This document shows positions 1 to 13,580 of a stretch of 64,000 bases of DNA, piece after piece. The stretch comes from Felis catus. Its lineage: Eukaryota. The stretch covers positions 136,030,001 through 136,094,000 of the forward strand of contig NC_058368.1 in the NCBI RefSeq assembly GCF_018350175.1. The letters are read 5' to 3'. The number at the start of each line of letters is the position of its first letter. Position 1 is the stretch's first letter. The translations under genes were made by a program, and so were the position numbers. The notes under the pieces are model-generated. The model searched no databases, was not told where the DNA came from, and saw only the letters and a list, made by a program, of their open reading frames with translations.

Positions 1-757
1 TAACTGAGCCTCCCCAAGCGCTCCATTATAAAACCACTTCTTAAAGGTTGTTTTATTATATCAGAATCCTATCTGTTTGGCAAAGTAGTTCCAGATCTGC
101 CTTAATTAATAAAGAATAATTTGCATGGGGATGATGTAAAATAGTGTATAAAGGAAGTTGGAAAGTAACACCATGTTTAAAATCTTACTACACATGGTTC
201 CATGTACTGCTGAATATATACCTCGTGCAAATGTTTTATTTCAAAAACTGAAAAGTTTTGATTACAATGTTTAGTTCTCTGCTTAGAAAATGAAGTATGT
301 TTCAATTATCTTTAATGCTATATTGAGTAGTATTTTCTACATGACTTTACATCTCCCACATACGGATTTATTGCTTAAAACCTTTTTTTAACTTTGATGT
401 TGAAAATTTTTAACGTTTATTTATTTATTTTTGAGAGAGAGGTAGAGAGTGAGCAGGGGAGGGGCAGAGAGAGAGGGAGACAGAATCCCAAGCAGGCTCC
501 CTGCCATCAGCACACAGCCCGATGTGGGGCTTGAACCCATGAACCATGAGATCATGACCCGAGCCCAAACCAAGAATTGGATGCTTAACCAACTGAGCCA
601 CCTTGGAGCCCCTGATGTTGAAAATTTTAAACAAAAGTAGAACAGTTGGGGCACCTGGGTGGCTCAGTTGGTTAAGTGCTGGATTCTTTTTTTTTTTTTT
701 TTAATGTTTATTTTTACTTTTGAGAGAGAGATGCTTACTCTTGTTTACCAATTACAG

Positions 758-839
758 ATGTGAATTTCTTCAAAGTAAGAAATCCTCAGAGGAAATTGCA
801 CAGTATATCCAAAGCTACAAGGGATTTGTTGGTGTCACG
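758..839 (+). CDS. NAIP: NAIP coding exon (end of BIR2: CEFLQSKKSSEEIAQYIQSYKGFVGVT)
   Basis: ttacag|A...ACG|gtaatt, 82 nt; translation matches the NAIP post-BIR2 segment; ends in phase 0. Confidence 0.93.
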
Positions 840-1759
840 GTAATTTATAACAGCAAATATTTTCTCAAGTTGGCTTTTGGTTACCTGATACTTTGTGAAT
901 TAGAAGCGGGGCAGGGGCGGGGTGGGGGGGGGGGGGGGAAGTGGCATTCTTTTTTTGTCATCGGCTCCATTTGTTTCTTCTTCCCTTCTTTCATTTCTCC
1001 TACCTCTCTTCTGGTCGATTGCAGCAAACCACATTGTCTTGCTGAACTACAGCCAGTCTTACCCTCTTTGACTGGAGTCACCCTCACCCCCACCCCACTT
1101 CCGCTTCCGATGGCTGCCCCCACCTGAATGCCTGCATAAGATATTCACACCTGGGACCCCCAGCCCAGCTGGCCTCAGAGCTGCTGCCTCCCAGCTGGTT
1201 ACTTTATACTCTATTAGTAAGGATTCCCTAGTGTCCAGTCACTTCCCAAATTGGCTTAAACAAGAAAAGAGTGCATTGGCTAAGAGGACTCAGAAGGTGA
1301 GAACCCTGGAAAGAAGATGGCCTGAAAGGGAGGAGGAGTGTTTGCTCAGAAAGAAATCTGGGTGCAGTTTCAGGATTGGTTGCTTAACAGCTAACCACCT
1401 CACTGAATCCTGTTTTCCTCCATATAGCTTATACTGCCTCATTAGTCAAAGTAAATCTGTGCAATGTTACTATAACTCTGATTTTGAACTGGATCTTTGG
1501 AAAACATGACCCTGAGAAGGCTCCCTGTTGGCTGTAGATAAACACTCACAGGTGTTTTTTTTTTGTTTTTGTTTTTTGCACTGCATTAAAAAATTCCAAC
1601 ATCAATAGAGATGGAAATTAGGAATGATCCCACAAACCTGCCGCAACCCAATGAAACTATGGGGGGGCGGGGGAAGGAGAGTTCTAACCACTTGTGATTC
1701 ATAGATCACTGTATTGTCTAAGTCAAATAGTGGATAACTTGAATTTTAATTTTCTTCAG

Positions 1760-1811
1760 GGAGAACATTTTGTGAATTCCTGGGTCAAGAGAGAGTTACC
1801 TATGGTGTCAG
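1760..1811 (+). CDS. NAIP: NAIP coding exon (GEHFVNSWVKRELPMVS)
   Basis: tttcttcag|GGA...TCAG|gtaata, 52 nt; phase-compatible with neighbours. Confidence 0.93.
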
Positions 1812-2806
1812 GTAATATCCCAAAGGCTTTGCTTATTTCTTCCTTTGCTTTTTTTTTTGTCATCTTTTTTTTTTTTTCATTCTCTTCCTCACATTGTGGT
1901 GTCATAATCATTTTTTTTAATGTTTATTTTTGAGAGACAGAGGGAGACACAGAATCTGAAGCAGGCTCCAGGCTCTGAGCTGTCAGCACAGAGCCCAACG
2001 TGGGGCTCATACCCACAGACCACGAGATCATGACCTGATCCCAAGTCAGCAGCTTAATCAGCTGAGCCACCCAGGCGCCCCATGGTGTCATAATAATTAA
2101 AAAAAAAAAAAAAAAAAACAACTATTTTCATAAGAGATTTCTAGTCTTCGGGAGTGACTTAGTTTTTTTTTTGTTTTTTTTTAATGTTTATTTTATTTTA
2201 TTTTATTTTTTTAAAAAAATTTTTTTTCAACGTTTATTTATTTTTGGGACAGAGAGAGACAAAGCATGAACCGGGGAGGGTCAGAGAGAGAGGGAGACAC
2301 AGAATTGGAAACAGGCTCCAGGCTCTGAGCCATGAGCCCAGAGCCCGACGCGGGGCTCGAACTCACGGACCGTGAGATTGTGACCTGGCTGAAGTCGGAC
2401 GCTTAACCGACTGTGCCACCCAGGCGCCCCTAATGTTTATTTTTGAGTGAGTGAGACAGAGACAGAGTGCAAGCAGGGGAGGGGCAGAGAGAGGGATACA
2501 CAGAACCTGAAGCAGGCTCCACTCTGGGCTGTCAGCATAGAACCCGATGTGGGGCTTGAACTCAGGAGCTGTGAGATCCTGACCCAAGCTGAAGTCAGAC
2601 ACTTAACCTACTGAGCCACCCAGGTGCCCCTGGAATGACTTTGGTTTTTTTGTTTGTTTGTTTGTTTGTTTGTTTGTTTGTTTTGGCATAAATGAACATA
2701 CGACAGAGTTGGGTCTTCGACACTTTCTTTAGAAAAATTTCCTAAATTTTCTGGATAAAACACTTCTGAATATCTTCTTAAATGGATCAGTGTTAAGAAA
2801 TTAGGT

Positions 2807-3760
2807 GTGAGATAAAAGAAAATACATAAATTCCCCCAGTTCCTGGCACCTAGAGCCTAAAACCTTTAAGAAGTGATCAGGGGCACTTGGATGGCTCAGT
2901 CGGTTAAGTGTCCTACTTCTGCTCGGGTCAGGTTCTCTGTGAGTTTGAGCCCCGCATCTGGGCTCTGTGCTGACAGCTTGGGGCCTGGATTCTGTGTTTC
3001 CTTCTCTTCTTACCCCTCCCCTGGTCATGCTCTGTCTGTCTGTCTCTGTCTCTCAAAAATAAATAAACATAAAAAAAAAAAAAGAATTTCTAAGTGATCA
3101 CAGCACTGAGAGGATCTTTTGTTCTAATGAGGTGGGTGGCTCTTGGGTGCTGTGGGTGGGATCCTGGATGGGGGCTGCTCATTAGGAAGGCCAAACCACC
3201 TTGAGAAGCTTGGAATTTTCAGCCCTTCGTCCCATTCTTCAGAGAGAGAGAGAGGAGGGGGCTGAAAGTGGAGGTAATGATTAATCAGGCCTACATGAGG
3301 AAGCCTCCTTAAATAGCCCAGCAGTATAGTGTTCAGAGAGCTTCCCCGGGGAGAGAATATACCCATAGCCAACTCCCCGTGGGACAGAGCTTCTGTACAG
3401 AAGCTTCCCACACACACATACACACTGGGCCTATGTATGTCTTCATCTGGTTGTCCATGTGTATCCTTTATCATCGCCTTAAAGAAAGTGGTAAGTAAGT
3501 GTTTCCCTGAGTTCTGTGAGCCACTCTAGCAAATACAGTGGTGTGGGAGCAGTCTTGTGTGGCCGAGCCCTTAACCTGTGGGATCTGACGTATCTCTGGT
3601 AGAGTTAGATTTGGGTAAATTGTAGGACACCCAGCTCGTGTCAGAGAATGGCTTCAGGGGGCGGGCGTAGGACCCTCACACATCTGGTGTCAGAAGGGTT
3701 GTGAGTGCGATAGTTCTGTGAGAGCAATGGACACATAGGAAAAGATGGGTTTTTCCAAAA
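2807..3760 (+). mobile_element. MER21-like solo LTR interrupted by a SINE (about 2880-3085)
   Basis: Starts TGTGA; contains MER21-type motifs (ttcctggcac..taaaacc, gtttccctgagttctgtgagccactctagcaaa, ctggtgtcagaag); family assigned from memory. Confidence 0.65.
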
Positions 3761-4331
3761 TACTAAGTAATATTCAGATTAAAAACGAAGTTAATGGCAG
3801 GATCCTGTGTTCAAAGGTAGAACACCAAGGCAAGCTTTCATCTTAAACACACAGAACCAAATTAACATAGGTTAGTTTTCTTTTTTCTTAATTTTTCAAA
3901 CATGTTTTTATTTATTTTGAGACAGAGAGTATGAGTGGAGGAGGGGCAGAAAGAGGGACACACAGAATCTGAAGCAGGCTCCAGGCTCTGAGCTGTCAGC
4001 ACAGAGCCTGATGCGGGGCTGGAACTCACGGACTGTGAGATCATGACCCGAGCCGAAGTCAGACGCTTAACTGACTGAACCACCCTGGGGCCCCCATAGG
4101 TTAGTTTTCAAGTCCTCACAGGGTACAGAAAGAAAACAGGAACGCAACCCCAGGCCCAGTCCAAGGTGGGAAGTCCAATGGAGACTATGTCACAGAGTGG
4201 ATACCCCAAAGGGTATCCTGCCTGCTCTTAAGGGAGATAACAAGGAAAACTTGATATTCTCGAATCTTGACGCTAAGCTGGGGAGAAGGGAAATCTCCTC
4301 TAGCACTGTCTTGTTTTATTTTGATGGTAGT

Positions 4332-5104
4332 TGATGAGGGAGCCTGGGGCGAGCTGAGGGCAAAACACAGGCTGGCACCTACACCCCCTGACCCCCAGGT
4401 GGGTGATATGTGATATTCCTCGGACACTCCTGTGTTTAAAGAACACCAAGGCAAGCTTTCATCTTAAACACGCAGAACCAAATTAACATAGGTTAGTTAT
4501 GTTAGAGGACAGACGAAAGGGGTATAAGTGCTTGCCATGGTGATGTGGGAAACTAAGGCAAATGAAAAATTGAGTTCCCTTACTGCCTACAGCCCATTGA
4601 CAAGTCCTTGAAACCGGCAGACTGACCTCCTCGGAGCTCAGCTGTCTGATGATGACACTTTGCTGGGGGCAAAAGGGAATCTTAGTCTAACATTATCTCA
4701 ATCTCGAGGATCCTGTAAGTCTACTTCCTTTACCTCAACTGCCCCACGATGTATGCTGGCAATCATCCTCCAAGCTTATGGCCCCCCTGATAAGCATCTG
4801 CAGGGTCTCATGACTGAGATTTTATTAAATATTAATAACTGGCATTTCCCTAGCAACAGCTAGCCCCTCAAGGTCCTGGAAACCTTGCTTTCAAAATACC
4901 TTAGAGATTTAGTCTATCCCTGACCCCCTCCTAACATGACGGTATATAATGAGTTACCCCTCACGACCCCATGAAGCTCTTCCTGCCCATGGGTCCTGTC
5001 CCCGTATTTTAATGAAATCACCTTTTTGCACCAAAGATGCCTTCAAGAATCCTTTTTTGGCCGTCGGTTCTGGACCCCCCCGCCATCACCCCAAAACTTC
5101 ATCA
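4332..5104 (+). mobile_element. Solo LTR, carnivore ERV1-like
   Basis: TGATG...CATCA inverted termini; flanks gtagt/gtaga (TSD-like); TATATAA near 4943; degenerate polyA-like aatgaaa near 5011; alternative TGATG start at 4541. Confidence 0.65.
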
Positions 5105-5399
5105 GTAGATGATGAAGAGATCCTTTTGAAAGTTTTTATTATCGAAAAATTTGAACCTACGCAGAAATGAGACGGTAGTATTTAGCCACCACATATCTAC
5201 CAGTGCTTCAGCGCTTCGACATGTGGTCAGTCTTGCTTCATCGTAACCATTCCATCTTTTCCAACCCCTCCTCCAATTGCACTGAAGCAAAACACAATGC
5301 ATCCATATTCCATCTCTAGATACAAAGGGGTAATTTGAACACTGATAGTTGGAATCTCAAAGCTTGCTGATCTCCCCGTATGCCTTTTTTTTTTTCAAG

Positions 5400-5519
5400 C
5401 GTATTGCAATGACAGCATCTTTGCTAATGAAGGACTACGACTGGATTCTTTTAAGAGCTGGCCCCACGCGTTCCCTGCAGGAGTTTCAGCTCTGGTCAGA
5501 GCAGGTCTTCTCTATACAG
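5400..5519 (+). CDS. NAIP: NAIP coding exon, BIR3 N-half (AYCNDSIFANEGLRLDSFKSWP...RAGLLYTG)
   Basis: polyT-caag|C...ACAG|gtgagt, 120 nt; BIR motifs RLxSFxxWP and AG-x-x-YTG. Confidence 0.95.
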
Positions 5520-5656
5520 GTGAGTCGCTAGTTTCTGCCAAGCTCTGGTCTTGCTCTTTCTTACGTCCACTTAAACTCCATTGATACCTTATGGTCCTGG
5601 ACTTGTGTTTATCTAGACTCAACAGTCTCTGCTTTTCTTTTTTAAATGTTTATTAT

Positions 5657-5697
<41 letters not shown>

Positions 5698-7892
5698 TCA
5701 CAGGAGAGGGGCAGAGAGAGAGAGAGGGAGAGAGAGAATCTCAAGCAGGCTCTACACTGTTAGTGCAGAGCCCAACATGGGGCTTGAACCGTGAACCATG
5801 AGATCGTGACCTGAGCCGAAACCAAGAGTCGGATGCTTAAGTGACTGAGCCGCCCAGGTGCTCCTACAATGCCTTTTACTTTCTACACATTATTCTCCAA
5901 CCCTCACCCCCTACGAACCTTGGCTTCCCTGGAAACTGTCACATGACCTTTGTACTTCCCTCCTGCTTCTATCTCTGTAAACTGAATTTAGTAGTCATGT
6001 GGCCATACCTACCTATAAAAGGAGCTAGGACGTTGGTTCTTTTTCCTGGATGACTAGCAAAAAGGGGGGTTTCTGTTACCATGGAAGAAAGAGAGATACT
6101 GGGAGTGTGGATAGCAGCCTTTGCCATACTCTATTTGGAAGAGAACATCAGGAAATTCTTGGGTTTTAGCTAAGTTTTTTTTTTAATTAAAGTTGATTTT
6201 TTTCGTCATCTCTACACCCAACATGGGGCTCAACCTCACCACCCCGCAATCATGAGTCACATATTCTTCCGACTGAGCCACCTAGGCTCTCCCAGGAAGT
6301 TCTTCTTTATGATTTCCGACCATGTAGCATCTGCTGTCAGTTGGTAATGTTCTCTGTTTAGTTGTTGGTCCTCAGGCAGCTCCACTCTGTAATCCAGAGT
6401 GGGTTGGTTCTCCTCAGCAAAATATCTGTATGAGTACAGCAAGGTGATCAGAGAAAAGATAGTGTGCCCTTCCTAGATATCTTGCTGGCCATTGCCTTTT
6501 TTTTTTTTTTTAAGTGACCTCTAGGCCCAATGTGGGGCTTGAACTCACAACACGAGGTGCAGGCTCTACCAACTGAGCCAGCCAGGTGCCCCTTGCTGTC
6601 CTTCTTTAGACCAAACACACACATGGAGTGATGATAGCAGAGGTCCATGCAGATCTCGTGCTGAGCGGTCAAGTAGGTATCAGAAATATCACAGGGCGTT
6701 GTGGGGTACGGGAATGCTATGGTCACTTTAGCAGACCTATTCCATTGGTACAAAAAAAATTTTTTTTAAGATTGCACATTAAAAAAAAATTATTTATTTT
6801 TGAGAAAGTGGGAGACACAGAATCTGAAGCAGGCTCCTGTGTCTGAGCCGTCGGCCCTGAGCCTGACGTGGGGCTCGAACTCTTGAACAGTGAGATCATG
6901 ACCTGAGTGGAACAGAGGCTCAATCGACTGAACCACCCAGGTGCCTAGTACAGAAAAATCTCAATGCCTCACATTCTTAAGCATTTAAAAAGACATTCCC
7001 CACCCCACCCCCGCCGCCACCCAGCCCCGCTTTCTCCATACTCTATTCTTTCTCTTGCCAGTGTCCTCAAAGATCCTCTGCCCAGTGTCCTCACCCTCTT
7101 CCTTTTCAAACCTCCAGCTCTCCCCACAAATCTGAGTCCTCTGACCCTTTTAGGATTTTGCAATCTCTAAGACCTTGTAGTTTTGTCCAGATACAAAGGG
7201 GGGGTTTTCTTCTGCCCTAGCTTTGCGGTGCCTACAAGGGTCCAAGAGTAGAAGGAAGATGATGGATGTTCCATTTCTATTTCAATCATTTGGTGGGTTC
7301 TAATACTAATTTCCTTTCAGAGAAATAATTTCATAAGGCGACTTGATGCTGCTTGTAGTGAAATAAACCAGGGAATCATGTAGTAAGAGGCACTTGATTC
7401 TTCATGAATTTACTTATATACGGGCTGCTACATTTCCTCAAAGATTTTTCCCCTTGAGCTCCAAATACATTCTTTCTGTCCTATTCCTTAAAGAAATACT
7501 TACTGAGTGTTTAATAAGAAGTGCTAGGTATTTTTCTAGGTCAGTGAGATTCATGAGTGAGCAAAACGGACAAAAATCTCTTGCTTCGAGGAGCTATAAT
7601 TCCACATTCTGATTTGCAAATCTCTCTCTGCATTAAAGGAGGATGGGACAGGGAGAGGGTGTTCATCAAAGTGCCTGGTACCTTAGGAGCATTTGGTTCG
7701 TTAGTTGATTACTCTGTTGGCCAAGAGAAGAGTCCTACATAGAATATCACCTTGCTGGTGACCCCACCTGTGACTCTGTCGCAAAATCCGATTGGAAATG
7801 CGAAGAGCGTTTCGCTCATAAAGGCTTCGTGGTTGTTATCTGTGACAGTTGACAAATGCACATACGAGTGGATGGAACTTCCTTACTTTTAG

Positions 7893-7992
7893 GCATGAAG
7901 GACATCGTCCAGTGTTTCTTCTGCGGAGGATGTATGGAGAACTGGAAGGAAGGTGATGACCCACTAGACGATCATGCCAAATATTTTCCCAA
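7893..7992 (+). CDS. NAIP: NAIP coding exon, BIR3 C-half (GMKDIVQCFFCGGCMENWKEGDDPLDDHAKYFPN)
   Basis: ttttag|GC...CCAA|gtgagt, 100 nt; zinc ligands CxxC and H present. Confidence 0.95.
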
Positions 7993-8179
7993 GTGAGTGG
8001 AATGAATGTTTAGTGTCTGTGAATTTGGATGCACGTTTAATAATTCTCCCCGTCCCCCAGTTTTATTTTCTAAGTCTTCACCCACCTCTTGGATTCATGT
8101 TATGTAGCATAAGTGGTTATTTCTTTCATCCTCTTGCTCTCGTGGCATCCCTCACATGTAGAATTCCTTGCTACATGTG

Positions 8180-11100
8180 TAGTTCTGGTTAGAGCAATAA
8201 TTTTTACGTTACATGTTTTTATTATCATGACTATATAAATGCTGTGCAGAGCTAAACCTTGTAGTAAATGAACACTTACTTTCCCTCCCTGTACAACTTT
8301 TTTTTTTTTTAATTTTTTTTTTAACGTTTATTTATTTTTGAGACAGAGAGACAGAGCATGAATGGGGGAGGGTCAGAGAGAGGGAGACACAGAATCTGAA
8401 ACAGGCTCCAGGCTCTGAGCTGTCAGCACAGAGCCTGACATGGGGCTCGAACTCGTGAACTGTGAGATCATAAACTGAACCAAAGTCAGATGCTCAACCA
8501 ATCGAACCACCCAGGCACCCCCCACATTTTAAAATATTTATTAAATTTGCTTAGTTTTTTATATATAGTTAGTTCATCTTCAAATTCTCCCAAACGTTTA
8601 AACCTCCAATCCTTCATTTGGACCTACAAGATACCCCAGCATTTTCATTTTCTTGAAAGGGTCTGTCCTGATGTCTTCTGACCTGATCCAGTATGAACTA
8701 CTTGTCCTGTAGGCACCTGGGATCCCGGGATCTTCCCTCACATTCATCCTGGGTATTCCCATTTCTTCCCTCCTGTGTTGTAGCTCCCGCTTGCTGGATC
8801 TAATGCCATCCTCTTGGTTCATTTACTAGTGCAGAAGATTATGCATATATTTATACTCCAAACCCCACACTTGTGTTTGGGTAGTTTAGCTAGTTTTAGT
8901 ACTCTAGGTTGGAAGTCCTTCTCCTTCTGAATCTTAGAGGCATTGCTACATTTCCTAATAGCTTCCAGTGTTGCTGTTGAAAAGTTCCATGCCTTTCTAA
9001 TTCTTAATCCTGTGAGTGCAAACTACTCTACCCCTCTCTGGAAGCTTTTAGAATTTTCTGTTTGTTTCCAGTGTTCTAAAATTTCATGAAGAAATGAGGA
9101 AATGCCCATTTCTTTAATATTTCTTTTCTGTGAATTTTTAAAAAAATTTTATTTTAGAGAAAGAGAGTGTGAGGGAGGGAGGGAGGAAGGGAAGGAGGGA
9201 GGGAGAGAGAGAGACAGAGAGAGATTGAGAGGATTAATTCCAAGCAGGCTGCACGCTCAGCACAGAGCCTGATGGAGGGCTCAATCCCACAATCCTTGGA
9301 TCATGACCTGAGCTGAAACCACAAGTTGGACACTCAACCCACTGAGCCACCCAGGCACCTGCAAGAAGAAATAGGTTCTTTTCACTTGGTAATTAGTAAG
9401 AGTTTTCCCAGAAATACGTATTAATACATACAGATCTTCAAATACTTCCATCTAATTCTAAGATTCTAAAGAGGATACTGCTTCAAACAGGTTTTGACAG
9501 GAGTAGTTGTTGAGTTCTCCTTTATTATTTGGATTTAGTATCTAGTAAACTGTTGGGAACAGTAAGGACAATTTTTTTTATTAAAAAAGTTTTTTTTTAA
9601 CGTTTATTCATTTTTGAGACACAGAGAGAGAGCATGAATGGAGGAAGGTCACAGAGAGAGAGGGAGACAGAATCTGAAACAGGCTCCAGGCTCTGAGCTG
9701 TCAGCACAGAGCCTGACGCGGGGCTCGAACTCACAGACCGCGAGATCGTGACCTGAGCCAAAGTCGGACGCCCAACCGACTGAGCCACCCAGGCGCCCCA
9801 GTAAGGACGTTCTTAATTCTTGGACAGATAAGTGAGGATGTAGTCTAATATTATTTAGAACATTTCCGGGAATCTATCAGACTCCCTTTTCTTCTTCCTC
9901 TTTTTTTGAAAAAAAATTATAGTTGATACATAATACGTGAATTTCAGGTGTACAACATAGTGATTGAACATGTTATGTAGGCTATGCTCATCACAAGTGT
10001 AGCTTCTTTTTCAGCTGAAGTGCAGTTGACACACTGTGTTAGGGGTTTCAGGTGTACAATGTGGTGCTGTGACAGTCTAAACCACAACGTAGCTATCATC
10101 TGCTGCCATCTGCCTTTTTTATTTTCTAATTTTTAATTTTTTTTATTGTTTATTTATTTTTGAGAGAGTGCAAGCAGGGGAGGGACAGAGGGAGGGAGAC
10201 ACAGAATCTGAAGTGGGCTCCAGGCTCTGAGCTGTCAGCACAGAGCCGAATGCGGGCTGTGAGATGACTTGTGAGATCATGACCTAAGCCCAAGTGGGAT
10301 CCGTAACCAACTGAGCCACCCAGATGCTCCTATCTACCTTTTTTGGAAAAAAAAAAAAAAAAAAAAAAAGGAGCAAACTAGGATGCCTGCACTAGAGTAC
10401 CTAAAATATTTACGTATGATTTAAAGGACTGTAATAAACCAATGAATCCATCCGTAAAGTTATGAAATGGAACATTACTAATTCTTTAGAAGGTCCCTCT
10501 GTGCCCACCCTCCCCAATTCTGATATCCTCATCCTTCCAATCCAGAATTAAACATGATCCTGAATTTGGTGTTGTTCCTTTGCTTCTCTTTATGGTTTTA
10601 TCAACTAAGTGTATATCCTTAAACATATTTAACCGCCTGTTCTTCAAGGTCAAATACATGTAAACATACTGCATGGTTGTTGTGTGATTGTTTTGTTTCA
10701 TATGGTTTTTGAGACTGATCCATAATTACATGTTGAGCTGTAGTTCACTTGTCTTCACCGCTGTGTTCGTATGTTATTTTATGAATATATAAGATTTATC
10801 CATTTTTTTCTTGATTCAACACCTGGCTTGTTTTTGAAGTGTTGCAAGTAATGCCACTGGGAACATTCTTGTATGTATTTCCCAGGGCTCGCGTTTGTTA
10901 CTCTAAAATACATAACAAACCATAAAATTGCAGGGTCATAGGTTTGTACTTTGCTAGGTTATGCAAAACGTTTTTCAAAGTCGTACCAATTGATTTTCCC
11001 ACGAGCATAGATGAGTTTCCACTGGTCTGCTTCCTCACTTGGTATTGCCCAAATTTTAATTTTCATCAGTCTAATTACTGAAGATATTTAGCATAATTTC

Positions 11101-12430
11101 ATATTTTCTGTATAACTGCCATGTTCTTTTCCTTCAAGAGAATGTGTCTTGACTATTCTTTGCCCTTGGCTCTTTCATAGAGAATATATGAAATGTTCTT
11201 CCCTATCCTTCATAATATTCCTTATTTTTAAGTCATTATCTAATATAGACCAGCTTTACTGTAATCAATTGTTACATAAGTCTTTTTTGAAATCATTTTT
11301 TTTTTTTTAACTTGAGAGAGACACACCACACCAGTGGAGGAGAGGGGCAGAGGAAAGAGAAAGAAAATCTTTTTTTTTCTTTTAATTTTTTAAAATGTTT
11401 ATTCATTTTTGAGAGATTGAGAGAGACAGAGCATGAGCGGGGAAGGTGCAGAGACAGAGGGAGACACAGAATCCGAAGCAGGCTCCAGGCTCTGAGCTGT
11501 CAACACAGAGCCCAACGTGGGGCTCGAACTCACGAACTGTGTGAGATCATGACCTGAGCCGAAGTCAGACGCTCAACCGACTGAGCCACCCAGGCGCCCT
11601 GAGAAAGAAAATCTTAAGCAGGCTCCACACTGAGCATGGAGCCCGATGTGGGACTCTATCCCACAACCTTGGGATTAGGACCTGAGCCAAAATTAAGAGT
11701 TGGACACTCAACTGACTGAACCACCCAGGCACCCCTTTTTTGAAATAATTCTACTTTTATATCTATGACTTGACATTTAAAGTGAGTTTCTGGTAGGCAT
11801 AGTTGTGTCTTTGATTTTTTTTTTAATAGTCTAATATCTGCTTTCTAATGGGGGTGTTTAAAAATGTATATTTAATGTCATTATTGATATGGCTAGATTT
11901 AAATATACTATTTTGATACTTGCTTTCTATTTCTCCCATCTTGTGTTGACTTTCCTTCTTTCCCAATTGTTTGGAATTGGTTTTAAGTATTCTGTTCTAT
12001 CTACTGTTGGCTGATTAGCTGTGCATCTTTATTTTGGCCTTTTACGGCCTGCTCTAGAATTGACAGTATGCATGTTTAATACATTACAGTCATCTTCAAA
12101 TACTATTATAAGACTGGACATAGAATGTATGAACCATATCACAGTAGACTCCTGTTTCTCCGCTCTTACGCTTTGTGCTTGTGTTGTCCTATGTTTTTAC
12201 TTTCCACATATATGACAAATCTCACAATACAGTGTTAGGTCTTTGCTTTCACCTGTTACCTTTTAAATACATTTTAAAAGAAGAAAAAAAAATATTTTTT
12301 TTTATTTACCATCCAAGTCAAACATCCAAAGCACTCTTCGTTCCTTTACGTCCATTTGTTACCATTTTGCTTTTACGGAAGAACAGTGCTGGTCTGCTGG
12401 CTACCAAGTGTATTGGCTTTGTATGAAAAA
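8180..12430 (-). mobile_element. Nested old L1 fragments with several SINE insertions
   Basis: T-rich antisense L1-like sequence broken by SINEs; boundaries approximate. Confidence 0.5.
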
Positions 12431-13024
12431 GTCTCTATCTTATCTTCCTTCAGAGTCCTTTCCTTGATGGTTTTGTCAGTATAGTAACCTTGGACAGAAA
12501 AATTAAAAGTCCTACTTGCTGATGGGGCCCCCTGGGTGGCTCAGTTGGTTGAGCGTCTGACTTTGGCTCTGGTCATGATCTCACAGTTAGTGGGTTTGAG
12601 CCCTTCGTCGGTCTTCTGCACTGTCGGCACAGAGCCCGCTTCAGATCCTCTGTTGTCCTATCTCTCTGCCCCTCCTGGCTTGCGCTCTCTCTCTCAAAAA
12701 TAAATAAATATATTTTTTAAGAAGTCCTGGTTGCCGTTTACCTGGAACTATCCTTTTATTCCTGGACTCCTTTCCAACCATGTAGGAAAATAAGAATGTA
12801 TTATCCTTTGTTTTGATTCTGCAGCATGAGAATGAGCCTGAGACAGTTGGTTGTTCCTAGTTATCCAATTTATCTAGTCACTTCTATAGTTTTCATGTGT
12901 CCAAGGTAATCATTGTAGAACTCTTTCGAAATTTCCCCCTGGGTTCTTCAGGCAAACATCATACCTGGGTTTAAAGGATATCTACACCCAGTTTGATGAT
13001 GTCTGGCAAATAGCTTTTGTTTCA

Positions 13025-13580
13025 CATTTTTATTTGAAACAAATTTAAATTCTACATTCTAGTTAACATACAGTGTAATAGTGGTTTCAGGAGTAGAATT
13101 CAGAGATTCATCACTTACATATACCACCCTGTGCCCATCATAACAAGTGCCCTCCTTAAATTAATATCCATCACCCATTTAGCCCATCCCCATCCCCATC
13201 TCCCCTCTAGCAACCCTCAGATTGTTCTCTGTCATTAAGAGACTTATGGTTTGCCTCCCTCTTTTTTTTTCTCCCCATGTTCATCTGATTTGTTTCTTAA
13301 ATTCCGCATATGCATGAAATACATGGTATTTGTCTTTCTCTGACTTATTCACTTAGCATAATACATTCTAGCTCCACCTATGTCATTGCAAATGGCAAGG
13401 TTTCATTCTTTTTGATGGCTGAGTAACATTTCATCTTCTTTATCCATTCATCAGTTGATGGACGTTTGGGCTCTTTGCATATTTGCCTACTGTTGATTGT
13501 GCTGCTATAAACATTGGGGTTCATGTGCCCCTTTGAATCTGTACTTTTGTGTCCTTTGGGTAAATACCTAGTAGTGCAAA
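13025..13580 (-). mobile_element. Carnivore L1 3' end fragment
   Basis: Typical antisense L1 3' motifs (tatccattcatcagttgatggac, taaatacctagtagtg). Confidence 0.8.
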
